Source: Candidatus Dadabacteria bacterium (GTDB lineage: Bacteria > Desulfobacterota_D > UBA1144 > Nemesobacterales > CSP1-2). Taken from it: a stretch of DNA of 64,000 nucleotides. The stretch is from the NCBI GenBank assembly GCA_963805855.1, contig CAWDVW010000006.1, positions 256,001 through 320,000 on the forward strand, read 5' to 3'. Both the position numbers and the translations under genes were made by a program. The notes under the pieces were generated by a model. The model was not told where the DNA came from and did no database searches. It saw only the letters and a list, made by a program, of their open reading frames with translations. Positions 52,433 through 62,781 of this stretch are shown here, one piece after another (the first letter of the stretch is position 1; every line of letters begins with the position of its first letter).

Positions 52433-53773
52433 GTGAGACGAAGAAGACTAAAAACAAATTCGCGCAATCATATTTCAGTACAGGTAAGTAAGGGAGTAAA
52501 ATCAATTTCTAAGGATACGAATAAAAGGATCAAGATCAAGAAAAATTCTCATAATGATTACCCATTAGAGGAAGTCGATGTCTTAAAGGAGGGCTTCTTT
52601 ATTCCTTTAGATATAGATGAGAGCATTATGTCTGAATTAAATGATGAAGGGTTCGATCTTCAGTTAGAAAGCTCAAAGGATGGCGCAACTGGAAAAAAGA
52701 AAAAGGAGTGGACACCTGACGATGAGTTTAGACTGCTTCAAGTATATTTCAAGGAGATGGGAACCGAGCCACTTCTTTCGCCGAAGCAGGAAGTAGAAGT
52801 GTCTGCTAAAATAAAGAAGTGTGAAGCTAGGGCGAAGGAGGCAAAAAAAATTCTTGAAAAGGTCTTCAAGAGTAAGCTTGGCGAACCTTTGGAAGAAGTA
52901 ATATCTGGTTTGAAGGCTTTTTCTCTCGGAAAGTTCAAAAGGGGTCATTCAGGGAAGAAGTACAAAAGCAAGAAGGGCATGAGCGTAGATCTTACTCCGG
53001 GTCGTATCCGAAGTTATAGTGTGTTAACTAAAGCTTATCAGACAAGGGCTCGACGGTTTAAGGAAAGGTTCGTCAAGGCCAATTTGAGGCTTGTTGTAAG
53101 CATAGCCAAGAGGTATATGGGCAGGGGACTGCCTCTGCCTGACCTTATTCAAGAAGGAAACGTTGGTTTAATGAGGGCAGTGGAGCGATTTGATCATAGA
53201 AAGGGTTTTAAATTCTCAACTTATGCATCTTGGTGGATCCACCAGGCCATTTCCAGGTCGTTACTGGATCAGACAAGAACAATCAGGGTACCTGTCTATG
53301 TCCTGGAGCAGGCAAGTAAGGTGCATAAAATAACCTCACTTATCCATAGAGAAACTGGAAGAAAGCCTTTTCCAGAGGAGATTTCTAAGAAATCTGGTAT
53401 CTCTATAGAGGGAGTGAAAAGGGTTATAGATGCCACAAAGGACGTTGTACATCTCGATTCTCCCATACTTGACGGCGAGAAAACTACACTTATGGAATTT
53501 ATACCTGATGAGGAGTCACCAACACCTGACTCAGCAGTTGCCAAAGCGACTCTTTCAGATAAGATGAGAGTTGCTTTGTCAAATTTATCATCAAGAGAAG
53601 AGCAGATCCTAAAGATGAGATTTGGGATTGGCTTTGAAACAACGTATACACTGGATGAAATTGGCAGGTATTTTTGTCTTACACGCGAGAGGATCAGACA
53701 GATTGAGAAGAGATCTCTCGAAAAACTTGAAGGTTCTGACGTTGGCGGAATGCTAAAAAGCTTTATTGATTAG
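52433..53773 (+). CDS. RNA polymerase sigma70 factor, RpoD/RpoS family
   Basis: ANLRLVVSIAKRY, DLIQEGN.GLMRAV.RFD, KFSTYA.WW and TRERIRQIE motifs. Confidence 0.92.
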   Translation: MRRRRLKTNSRNHISVQVSKGVKSISKDTNKRIKIKKNSHNDYPLEEVDVLKEGFFIPLDIDESIMSELNDEGFDLQLESSKDGATGKKKKEWTPDDEFRLLQVYFKEMGTEPLLSPKQEVEVSAKIKKCEARAKEAKKILEKVFKSKLGEPLEEVISGLKAFSLGKFKRGHSGKKYKSKKGMSVDLTPGRIRSYSVLTKAYQTRARRFKERFVKANLRLVVSIAKRYMGRGLPLPDLIQEGNVGLMRAVERFDHRKGFKFSTYASWWIHQAISRSLLDQTRTIRVPVYVLEQASKVHKITSLIHRETGRKPFPEEISKKSGISIEGVKRVIDATKDVVHLDSPILDGEKTTLMEFIPDEESPTPDSAVAKATLSDKMRVALSNLSSREEQILKMRFGIGFETTYTLDEIGRYFCLTRERIRQIEKRSLEKLEGSDVGGMLKSFID

Positions 53774-53778
53774 ATTTA

Positions 53779-55434
53779 ATGCTTCTCGGACTTACCCTTA
53801 AGAATTTTGCCATTGTTGACGACATAACCATAAATTTCGGCAGTGGCCTAAACATCGTTACTGGGGAGACAGGGGCGGGAAAATCCATAATCGTCAATGC
53901 GATTAATTTTATCCTTGGTGACAGGGCGTCGTCCGACCTTATTAAATCCGGGGAGGATGAGGCCCAGGTTGAGGCCCTCTTTGATATAAGCGATGATAGC
54001 GAGTTTTTGGGAAGGCTGGGTTCCTTAGGGATTCAAACTGGCGGCGGTGAGGTTTTGATCAAGAGGGTTTTTTCTGTCAGTGGAAAAGGACGAGTGTATA
54101 TCAATGGTAACTTGGCCACAATTGGGATGCTTGGTCAAATAACAAATGGAATCATTGATGTATTCAGCCAGCACGAGCATCAGAGTCTTCTAAGAGAAGG
54201 TAATCAATTGAAAGTCCTTGATGAATTCGGTGGATTGATGGAAATTTGCTTGAGCTTTTCTGAGCTTTTCCGGGAATATGTTGAGGTCAAAAAGGAACTA
54301 GAGGAAATGAGAATGCGCTATGATGGCCAAGTGAAAAAACAGGATTTTTTAAGGTTTCAGTGTAGCGAAATTGATTCGGCGAATCTAAAGGTTGGAGAGG
54401 ATCAGCAGCTTGAACGGGAGAAATTGAAGTTGTCGAACGCCGAACAACTATTTTCAGTTTCAAAAGAGGCATACGAAATTGTGTACGAAAGTGATGAATC
54501 GATAATTGATAAATTGAAAAGGGTTAAAAGCAGCATAGATAATGCTGCGAAGGTGGACGAGAGTTTACTAGGTTTATCTGAAGCCCTGGAAAGGGGAATG
54601 TCCGAGATTGAAGATTCGGCTTTTCGTCTTAGAGATTATTGCTCTAAAATTCATTATAGTCCAGAGAGATTGAGTCAAATTGAGGATCGCCTACTAGAAA
54701 TAAAGAGATTAAAGAGAAAATACGGTAATACGATTGAAGAGTTAATTGAGAAGCGAGAAGAGATGGGAGAAGAACTATTAAATCTAACCGATTTCGAAGA
54801 GAAGGAGAAAAGGTTACAAGCTGATGTGGATCTTCTGAAAAGTAAGGTGGATTATGGTGTAAGAGAACTCTCGAAAGCAAGATTAAATGCGGCAGGACGA
54901 TTGTCGAGGCAAGTCGAAAAGCGTCTTGAGGAAGTGGGTATAAAAGGGGGTAGGTTACTCATCGATTTCGATAGAAAGGCAATCTCTTCAGATGGTTATG
55001 ATAAGATTACTTTTCTCTTTTCTGCCAATCCTGATGAAAAACCCCGGCCTCTATCAAAGGTTGCTTCCGGAGGAGAGCTTTCACGAATAATGCTGGTTTT
55101 AAAAGAGGTAATCTCAAGGGCGGAAGGCGGGTCTATATTAATATTTGATGAAGCGGACTCTGGTATCGGGGGGGCAGTAGCAGAGACTGTTGGCAAGAAG
55201 ATTAAAAGTCTTTCAAAAAGGCATCAGATAATTTGTATAACTCACCTTCCTCAGGTCGCGAAATTTGCGGATATACATTTCAAGGTGACAAAAGAATTTC
55301 AGTATGATTCGACTAAGGTTGATATCAAAGAACTAGGTGAAGAGGAGATTATCAAGGAAATCGCCAGGATGCTGGGTGGCATCAAGATTACGGAAAAAAC
55401 GTTGGCAGCTGCGCGAGAAATGTTCGAACATTAA
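53779..55434 (+). CDS. recN: DNA repair protein RecN
   Basis: TGETGAGKSI, QHEHQ, VASGGELSR, FDEAD.GIGG and ITHLPQVA motifs. Confidence 0.96.
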   Translation: MLLGLTLKNFAIVDDITINFGSGLNIVTGETGAGKSIIVNAINFILGDRASSDLIKSGEDEAQVEALFDISDDSEFLGRLGSLGIQTGGGEVLIKRVFSVSGKGRVYINGNLATIGMLGQITNGIIDVFSQHEHQSLLREGNQLKVLDEFGGLMEICLSFSELFREYVEVKKELEEMRMRYDGQVKKQDFLRFQCSEIDSANLKVGEDQQLEREKLKLSNAEQLFSVSKEAYEIVYESDESIIDKLKRVKSSIDNAAKVDESLLGLSEALERGMSEIEDSAFRLRDYCSKIHYSPERLSQIEDRLLEIKRLKRKYGNTIEELIEKREEMGEELLNLTDFEEKEKRLQADVDLLKSKVDYGVRELSKARLNAAGRLSRQVEKRLEEVGIKGGRLLIDFDRKAISSDGYDKITFLFSANPDEKPRPLSKVASGGELSRIMLVLKEVISRAEGGSILIFDEADSGIGGAVAETVGKKIKSLSKRHQIICITHLPQVAKFADIHFKVTKEFQYDSTKVDIKELGEEEIIKEIARMLGGIKITEKTLAAAREMFEH

Positions 55435-55463
55435 CGATATTTTATTTAACGACCCCCCGATTC

Positions 55464-56006
55464 TTATACCGCAAATACAACGGCGGCAACCACCGTTGTC
55501 CATAGACCATTCTTATCACCAACGGCAGATTGTGTTACGTTTCTCGTCTTAACAGTATGGCCACTTATCTTCCAAATATCTTTCTGTTCATCATAGCTCT
55601 TGTCAGGATCAAATGGCGCATCCAATATTGTCGCCAGCATGTAAGCCGCAAGGTCCTCCGCATATTCGCCCGCGAGCGTGTCATTCTGGCCAAAACTGTG
55701 GTGTTCAGAAAGATACCCATAGCGATTCGGATCCTTTGGAATCGCCATTCCTACGGAAGCTGCAACAAGCCTGTTTGGTTCATCCGTCGCGTTCTCACTC
55801 ATGACCACATAAACGACTTGTCCGGGCTTGAGAAGCTTTAGCCCGCCCGAGGTAGATATCAGCTTGCATTTTGCGGGGAAAATGCTTGATACTTTAACGA
55901 GGTTGAATTCGGCAATCCTTGCGTCTCGAAGCGCCATCTCGAAGCTAGTTAACTTTTCTTTATGCTTGCCCACTCCTTTTGTTACAAAGGCGCTCTTAGG
56001 TACCAC
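55464..56006 (-). CDS. pdaD: Pyruvoyl-dependent arginine decarboxylase
   Basis: SFEMALRDA, NLVKVSSI (self-cleavage SS), GYLSEHH and WTTVVAA motifs. Confidence 0.88.
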   Translation of the reverse strand: MVPKSAFVTKGVGKHKEKLTSFEMALRDARIAEFNLVKVSSIFPAKCKLISTSGGLKLLKPGQVVYVVMSENATDEPNRLVAASVGMAIPKDPNRYGYLSEHHSFGQNDTLAGEYAEDLAAYMLATILDAPFDPDKSYDEQKDIWKISGHTVKTRNVTQSAVGDKNGLWTTVVAAVVFAV

Positions 56007-56255
56007 GAACTTACCTCCTAATGGTTATGCCTAGTAGAGTTCCTGACTAAAAAAAATAAAACGTGAATATTCTTAATAAAATATTTTCCTATGTCAATAA
56101 AAGATTATAATTAATCGTATATCGACCAGAGAAAATGAGATATCTTAATTGCGTTATTTTGAATGTTTGCTTGAAAAAAACATTAACGTGTATAAATTAA
56201 GGGGTAATTCGAATTTATTTAATTCGACCCGACGATTATTTGACTTATATTAACA

Positions 56256-56492
56256 ATGGGAGGGAATGAAAAATTGTCTATAACAATAGCGCCACTTGAA
56301 GTAACCCCAAGCCGAGACATCAATTTTTTTCCTGGCTTGGATGGAACGGACCAAGTTATCAAAGATAAGAATAAACCGATACAATACTGGGGTATTTATC
56401 TTGGCAATGAAACTATATCCTATACTTCCAGCAAGGATCATGCCGAAAAAACCAAAGAATGGATGGAAAAGTGGCTAAGAAACCAAAATTGA
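56256..56492 (+). CDS. Small hypothetical protein
   Basis: 78-aa ORF in otherwise AT-rich intergenic space with plausible composition. Confidence 0.5.
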   Translation: MGGNEKLSITIAPLEVTPSRDINFFPGLDGTDQVIKDKNKPIQYWGIYLGNETISYTSSKDHAEKTKEWMEKWLRNQN

Positions 56493-56657
56493 TAAGAGTT
56501 TTTGGATTGTATAAATGGGTATTCGGTCGATATCTAGCCCTGAACGGACTTACAGTTATCTTTGTGGAGAAATTCATACAATACTCACCTAAGATACTGA
56601 AGTTAGTAATCTTATAATTAATTCCCATAATATTTCTTTCTGTCTTTAAACACTCAG

Positions 56658-57497
56658 ATGAAATTTGGTGCCCATGTCTCAATAGCCGGGGGAATCGAAA
56701 AGGCTCCCGAGCGAGCTAATAAAGTTGGTTGCGAGTGTTTTCAGATGTTTACCCGGTCCCCCCGAGGCGGGAATCCTCCTCGACTTGACAGGAAAACTGT
56801 GGAATCTTTTTTGACAGCGTGCTCAAGATACGCATTGGCAGATTACTACATTCACACTCCTTATTATATCAATCTTGCCTCAGAAGATAAAAACATAAGA
56901 AGCTCTTCCATTGCAATAATCAATGAGGAACTCAGAAGGGGGCATTTGATTGGAGCGACTTATGTAATGACCCATATGGGCAGTGCTAAGGAGATGGGAA
57001 GTCAGAAAGCAATTCGTAGAGTTGTAGAGGGATTAAATATTGTTTTGGAGAAGTCAAATTATAAGACTAAGCTCCTTTTGGAAAATTCGGCCGGACAGGG
57101 GATGACAATCGGTAAAACTTTTGGAGAGCTCTATGAGATCCTCCAAAAGGTAGGGAATGCCGAATTGGGGGTTTGCCTAGACACTGCACACCTTTTAGCG
57201 GCTGGATACGATATCAGGACGAAGAAGGCACTGAACAAGGTCATAAGAGAATTTTCTTCTATGATTGGTTTAGACAGATTAAAACTTTTACATGGTAACG
57301 ACTCAAAGGTTAGATTAGGCGGTAAGAAGGATAGACATGAACATGTAGGAGAAGGGTTTATAGGGTTAGCGGGTTTTAGAAACATTGTAAATAATCCCGA
57401 TTTACAGGCCATAGATCTCATAGTTGAGACTCCTCTTGAAAGAATTGAAGATGATATCAGAAACCTGAATAAATTAAGAAAGTTAAAAGGATGTTGA
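56658..57497 (+). CDS. nfo: Endonuclease IV
   Basis: GAHVSIAGG, H.PYYINLAS, LLENSAG, CLDTAH and NDSK...DRHEH.GEG motifs. Confidence 0.94.
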   Translation: MKFGAHVSIAGGIEKAPERANKVGCECFQMFTRSPRGGNPPRLDRKTVESFLTACSRYALADYYIHTPYYINLASEDKNIRSSSIAIINEELRRGHLIGATYVMTHMGSAKEMGSQKAIRRVVEGLNIVLEKSNYKTKLLLENSAGQGMTIGKTFGELYEILQKVGNAELGVCLDTAHLLAAGYDIRTKKALNKVIREFSSMIGLDRLKLLHGNDSKVRLGGKKDRHEHVGEGFIGLAGFRNIVNNPDLQAIDLIVETPLERIEDDIRNLNKLRKLKGC

Positions 57498-57589
57498 ACT
57501 TGCGAATTCCTGTTAGCTTGCTAGACCGTCTCCGGCGTGATCGACAAATTTGTCCTTTGATATGGGGTAAAGTCCGAAATTGAGCAATC

Positions 57590-58010
57590 TCACGCCCCTG
57601 TTATTTCCTATTCCCAACCGCTACCGGATAAGAATATTCGAGTACAGGGTTAATCGCAGATCCATCCCTTGGTGTCTTTGTCATTCTCGCGGATTGTAAG
57701 CGGGAATCCATGCTTTTGCCTCTGGATCCCCGATTAAAGTCCTCGGGGATGACAAAAAGGCGCGGATCCCCCGATCACTCTTGTCCCCGTATGTCCCTAC
57801 CGGGGAATTCTCGGGGATGACAACAGGGGCTGGGTCCCGACAAGGCCTGTCCCCGCATATTGCCGGTGGGGTTAACTGGGAATCCAGGCTTGCTACTATT
57901 CCGTCTTTGCGAGGAGTTTTATCCCGAAGCAATCTCATCTTGTTCCCTGTCTGAGATTACTTTGTCCTCTTCGACCCTCCGATATTTCGACGGGCTCACG
58001 ATTCAGGGCT
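57590..58010. repeat. Cluster of REP-like palindromes (TGTCAT...GGGGATGAC family at 57679-57755 and 57764-57823; ttgcgag...gaagcaatctc type near 57905)
   Basis: Visible inverted repeats matching those at 30942 and 45184. Confidence 0.7.
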
Positions 58011-58098
58011 CCTCACAGCAACTTAAGAGGCTGCTTGTTTATGTGCTGATACCCCGCACTTTCCCCCACGGTTATTCATTTTGGTAACGATATTTGTG

Positions 58099-58128
58099 TT
58101 GACACTATTATAGAAGATTAAGTATCAT
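58099..58128 (+). promoter_or_regulatory. Candidate sigma70 promoter
   Basis: TTGACA-18 bp-TATCAT, about 40 nt before the ATG at 58171. Confidence 0.45.
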
Positions 58129-58170
58129 CTCATCGTTTAAGACTTAAACAAATATTAGAGGATTGCTTCA

Positions 58171-60195
58171 ATGCCTTCCAAGAGGATCGTAATAATCGGA
58201 GGAGGCTTTGCCGGCGTAAAGTGTGCCAAAACCCTGTCTAATCTACTGTCAAGGGAGGAATACGAAATAGTTCTCTTCAACAGTGAAAACTATATGGTTT
58301 TTCAACCGCTTTTAGCTGAAGTTGTAGGAGCGTCAATAAACCCTGATTCGGTAGCCGTTTCGCTTAGGCAGATGTTGCCCGGCGTACTTTGTCGGACTGA
58401 GGATATCAATAAAATAAATCTTGTGAATAATACCGTCGAATACGAAGGTTTGGAAAGCAGAGTTGGTGTGATGAGTTATGATCATCTTGTGATAGCTAGT
58501 GGATCGGTTGTGAATCTTGGTGTTATACCCGGTATGGCTGACCATTCTTTTCCTCTCAAAAATGTGGGTGATGCTATTGCGCTGCGTTACCATATTATGC
58601 AACAGATGGAGAATGCGGAGGTCTGTGACGATCCTGAACTGAGACGTTGGTATCTCTCTTTCATAGTTATAGGTGGAGGCTTCAGCGGAGTAGAGGTTGC
58701 TGGAGAGATCAATGATTTGGTAAGAGAGACCCAGAAATTTTACAAGAATATCAGTCCTGAGGATATCTCAGTGACTATAATACATTCCAGGGATCAGCTT
58801 CTTCCCGAGGTAAGCACCAAGCTTCGTGATTTTGCCAAAGTTAAGATGGAAGAGGCCGGAATTAAGATAGTTTTGAACACCAGAGTATCTTTTGTGACTC
58901 CTCAGGGAGTAGGTGTAAGTGGAGATACGTTAATTCAGGGCGGTACAGCTGTCAGTACAATTGGTAATTCTATTTCTCAATTTTTGGCTAGGCTAGAAGT
59001 TCCCAAGGAACGAGGACGTGTACTTACCGAGCCTGATATGCGAGTCAAAGGATGCACTAACGTATGGGCAATTGGAGACTGCGCTCATATAGTCAATTCC
59101 TTTGACGGAAATCCTAGTCCTCCAACTGGCCAGTTTGCCGAAAGGCAGGGCAGGCAGGCTGCAAATAATATTATTCAGGTTTTAAATGAAAAAGGAACAA
59201 AACCGTTTCACTTCAAGCCAATCGGTCAGCTGTGTGCAATTGGTGGACATCGCGCGGTCGCTGAGTTATTCGGAATGCATTTTTCAGGTTTTATCGCCTG
59301 GTTTATATGGCGGACAGTCTACATGCTTAAACTACCTTCGTTGTCCCATAGAGTAAAAGTTGGCTTTGATTGGGCCTGGGACCTTTTTTATTCACGTAAT
59401 TTAGCCCACCCAAAGGCTGATCCTACAGAGCGTATATCGAGGGCTCACTATGAACCCGGAGACTATATTATTATGGAAGGTGACCCTGGGACAAATTTTT
59501 TCGTAATATCGAATGGTGAAGTAGAGGTGGTTAGAGGCGGTAATGGAGGTGAATCACCAGACATCCTAGCCGTTCTGGGTCCGGGTGATTTTTTTGGGGA
59601 AATGGCGTTGATTGATAATCGTCCTCGCAACGCAAGCATACGTGCACGAACTCCCGTCGAGGTGCTTGTAATGGGAAGAAACGTTTTTCAACAAATTTCG
59701 AGCGCACTGGCCCCTTTTCGTGAAATTCTTGCCGATGCCGTGAAAAGAAGGAGCGGAGATCTCTGGCAAAAATTTCCATTAGCATTTAAAATTCTGGATA
59801 ACCAGCCGTTTTCTTCGTTTATTGAACCTGTGATTGCGCAACTGAGCACCGATAATACATTTGAAGATGCGCTTAATCTACTAATTGAAAAGCCTCTGGA
59901 ATATTGTTGCGTTGTTGATGATGATAGCATATTGAAAGGTATTTTAACCAGGACAGATTTTGGGCGCGCTGTGGACTCCGGGGTTAAACGTCATACCAGA
60001 GTGGTTGAATTTATGAAGTCAGATCCAATCATAGTCACAGTAGATGACGACACTCCTACAGTTGCCGCAACCATGAGACTTCACGGTATCAAATGGATGC
60101 CGGTCGTTGAAGATCTCGTTACTAAAAAAATAAAGGGTTATGTTAGAATGGATACAATTATGAAATTTGTCCTCCAGCATTTGCCCCAACAGTAG
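58171..60195 (+). CDS. Type II NADH dehydrogenase fused to cNMP-binding domain and CBS pair
   Basis: GGGFAG, FQPLL.EV, GGGFSGVEVAGE and WAIGD motifs; GDFFGEMAL...PRNAS (cNMP); C-terminal GILTRTD / MPVV CBS repeats. Confidence 0.85.
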   Translation: MPSKRIVIIGGGFAGVKCAKTLSNLLSREEYEIVLFNSENYMVFQPLLAEVVGASINPDSVAVSLRQMLPGVLCRTEDINKINLVNNTVEYEGLESRVGVMSYDHLVIASGSVVNLGVIPGMADHSFPLKNVGDAIALRYHIMQQMENAEVCDDPELRRWYLSFIVIGGGFSGVEVAGEINDLVRETQKFYKNISPEDISVTIIHSRDQLLPEVSTKLRDFAKVKMEEAGIKIVLNTRVSFVTPQGVGVSGDTLIQGGTAVSTIGNSISQFLARLEVPKERGRVLTEPDMRVKGCTNVWAIGDCAHIVNSFDGNPSPPTGQFAERQGRQAANNIIQVLNEKGTKPFHFKPIGQLCAIGGHRAVAELFGMHFSGFIAWFIWRTVYMLKLPSLSHRVKVGFDWAWDLFYSRNLAHPKADPTERISRAHYEPGDYIIMEGDPGTNFFVISNGEVEVVRGGNGGESPDILAVLGPGDFFGEMALIDNRPRNASIRARTPVEVLVMGRNVFQQISSALAPFREILADAVKRRSGDLWQKFPLAFKILDNQPFSSFIEPVIAQLSTDNTFEDALNLLIEKPLEYCCVVDDDSILKGILTRTDFGRAVDSGVKRHTRVVEFMKSDPIIVTVDDDTPTVAATMRLHGIKWMPVVEDLVTKKIKGYVRMDTIMKFVLQHLPQQ

Positions 60196-60286
60196 TTGGC
60201 TATTTTGAAATGTTTTCTTGCATTAACACGTTGCATCGGTAAAATAATATTTTAAATTCGGATGTTATGAATCAAGGAGGTAGTAG

Positions 60287-60964
60287 ATGAATAGAACTCT
60301 TCTAATAACTTCAGTGTCATTGGTAGTCTTGATCTTGTGTTGGTCGAATGTTCAGGCAAAAGCTTCAAATTTAACTGTGAGTGAGTTCAGGCAGCTATAC
60401 GATAGTTTGCTAGCAGGGAAGACGCTTGTAAGTGAGGTAAAGAAGGATGGAACGGATGTTAGAAAAGAAAGGATTTTTGGGAGAGCTATTGATATTGACG
60501 ACGGTCAATTTGAACTACCTGTAAAGATACTAATCACAACCAGCAAGAATGGGGAAATTCAACAAAAGATTGCAATTGATGTTTGGGACGTGGTACATAA
60601 TTTGGGTGGTTCTGCTATTATATCTGAACAGGTTAGGAAGACTTCTATTGAAAATAAGGGACAAGAGACATTTACGACCCGTGACGTAGAATTCCAAGGT
60701 GATTTTCACGTTTCCAAAAATGATAAAGGCGGTTTTGATGTTCACAGTTTTGGATTGCAACCATCCGTTCTGGCAAAAGATGGTAAGATGAGCCTGGCTG
60801 GGAACATGGTGTCAAACTCATGTTTTCCTGAGAATGGTGTTACTAAATGTGTGTTAACTATTCGAGATTACGTGTTAGGTGACTATAAGTCGTTGGAAGG
60901 ATTTACCCTTGTTGGACCGGCGGGCGGCGACGTTGTAGAAGTCGCAGTAGAGGCTAAGCACTAA
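60287..60964 (+). CDS. Secreted hypothetical protein
   Basis: AGGAGG RBS, signal peptide ending VQA, 225 aa. Confidence 0.7.
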   Translation: MNRTLLITSVSLVVLILCWSNVQAKASNLTVSEFRQLYDSLLAGKTLVSEVKKDGTDVRKERIFGRAIDIDDGQFELPVKILITTSKNGEIQQKIAIDVWDVVHNLGGSAIISEQVRKTSIENKGQETFTTRDVEFQGDFHVSKNDKGGFDVHSFGLQPSVLAKDGKMSLAGNMVSNSCFPENGVTKCVLTIRDYVLGDYKSLEGFTLVGPAGGDVVEVAVEAKH

Positions 60965-61055
60965 ATCGAGGTTGGATGTTCAATTAGTGGAAACTCCAAT
61001 CGCTTGGCATTGAATATCATAAGGATCTCAAATAAAAATTAGGAGGTTAATTTAG

Positions 61056-61433
61056 ATGACAAAAGTAATATTTGCCTTTTCAATCATGGTCATGTTAGCG
61101 TCATGTGCTACTTATAGTCCCGTAGTTGACCCCCAGTCTGTACGAAATGATGATAAATATTATCAGGATCGTGCAGAATGTCGCGAATTAGCTAAGGCTA
61201 ACACAAGTACTACGAAATCGGTGGCGAAAGATGCATTAATTGGAGGCGCGGTCGGAGCAGGCACCGGATCATTAATTGGAGTAATTGCTGGTGATACTGT
61301 CAAGGGTCTAGCCCTTGGTTCGGTTATAGGCGGTGTAGCCGGTGGAGCTAAGGGAGTGTACGAAGGTAATAAAGGTTATGAACAAATTTATAGAAATTGC
61401 ATGACGGGGAGGGGGTATAGCGTTCTTAATTAA
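61056..61433 (+). CDS. Glycine-zipper lipoprotein
   Basis: Lipobox LASC, GGAVGAGTG...GGVAGG zipper, CM.GRGY C-terminus. Confidence 0.8.
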   Translation: MTKVIFAFSIMVMLASCATYSPVVDPQSVRNDDKYYQDRAECRELAKANTSTTKSVAKDALIGGAVGAGTGSLIGVIAGDTVKGLALGSVIGGVAGGAKGVYEGNKGYEQIYRNCMTGRGYSVLN

Positions 61434-61539
61434 AAGAAGGGTTACTGGGGTCTGGGAAATTGGGAAAACATAAGTCTTTGGTCTAAATCTAAAACAAAAC
61501 TGTGCCCTTGTGTTGATTCTCGAATGCAGACTTTATTGG

Positions 61540-61965
61540 TTACCAGGGTGAACCCCATGGGTCAGTTTGTTTTAGCGGTATAGTCGAGCGTCTCTGTTGT
61601 TCCTTAATTTCTACTATTAAAATCCTTGCGTCAGACTTTCCAACATTTTGAATCGAGTTTGTCACCGGGCCAAGCCAAAAGGCCTCTCCGGCCTTCGCAT
61701 CGACTTCGGTAATGGTACCATCGGGAGCCACGGCCTTTAGCTTTACAGGTGTAAGAGTATATGCCAACCGAGTTGGGTGGGAATGCATTCCATCGATTTG
61801 CCCCGGCTTAGATTGATATTCAAGCACCCGGACTTGATCGTTATCCAGAATTAGTTTATAGACATCTGGTGAAACCTGCACAGGATCTTGAGCCATCGCT
61901 GTACATAACGTGAGAAGCAGACTACAGATCGTCAACAGTGTAAAAAAATAAGTGTGCCTTGGCAC
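61540..61965 (-). CDS. Exported cupin-domain protein
   Basis: Signal peptide, DNDQVRVL, PG...MHSHP and KAGEAFW motifs. Confidence 0.75.
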   Translation of the reverse strand: MPRHTYFFTLLTICSLLLTLCTAMAQDPVQVSPDVYKLILDNDQVRVLEYQSKPGQIDGMHSHPTRLAYTLTPVKLKAVAPDGTITEVDAKAGEAFWLGPVTNSIQNVGKSDARILIVEIKEQQRRSTIPLKQTDPWGSPW

Positions 61966-62152
61966 TTCTTTTCCTCCTGCATTTCTTCTGGATTATTAAT
62001 ATGGTTAAGGGCTAAAATAATAATTGAATTTCTTACAAGTGTCCACATTAAAATAGTGAATCTACCATTTCTCGAATGATTAGGGGTGCTAGTTTAGATG
62101 CTCCGTTTAATTCTTGGCAAATGGACTTTGGATGAGTCAGTTTTCCAATTTA

Positions 62153-62734
62153 TTATTCGATTTGTTCTTGTTCTTTTTCAGTCGTAATCCTGTCATGATA
62201 TTTAGCGGGGATTGAACCGAGGTCGTTTGTTACCTGTATTACACCGTTGTCATCCACCCACTTGTAGATAGGCCCTTTTTTTGCCCCGGTTGAAGGGGCT
62301 GAAATAGAAATTGATTCTTGAGAGCTTAGCGTATCTTCAAGGGGAACCTTATTTGTTACATCGTCAACATTCTCTTGGCTCTGCATTTGTTCCTGCATAG
62401 GGGGATTAACTTGAAGATTGCTGGGCCTCTCCGTGCTCTTTCCAAATGTTGAACCTCCTCCTTCAGTTCCGAGTGTGGACATTCCAAACGGATTTAAGTT
62501 TTCATCAGGCCAGTAGTAATACCAAGGCGCGTCCGATTCTCCCTGGATGACTGCGGGTTGTTGCGAACCACCTGTAGGCGGCTGGTTGCCTGCAGAGCCG
62601 CCATCCGGTGCGCCCCCCGTCGATTGTGATAACACGTATCCTGAGAGCGAAAAATATAAGGCCGCAATTATAAGAAGACTTGCTAAGAATGACTTTATCG
62701 TCCCAAGTCGTACCATATCTAATAATATAAACAA
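62153..62734 (-). CDS. DUF4124-domain exported protein
   Basis: N-terminal TM/signal, low-complexity linker, IYKWVDDNGVIQVTND...IP.KY. Confidence 0.7.
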   Translation of the reverse strand: MFILLDMVRLGTIKSFLASLLIIAALYFSLSGYVLSQSTGGAPDGGSAGNQPPTGGSQQPAVIQGESDAPWYYYWPDENLNPFGMSTLGTEGGGSTFGKSTERPSNLQVNPPMQEQMQSQENVDDVTNKVPLEDTLSSQESISISAPSTGAKKGPIYKWVDDNGVIQVTNDLGSIPAKYHDRITTEKEQEQIE

Positions 62735-62781
62735 GAAATGTTCAATTTAAAATCCGCATGCGATTTAGATTTTCGATATTA

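Noticed and set aside
57681-58087. Short ORFs on both strands
   Set aside because: Translations of REP-like repeats.
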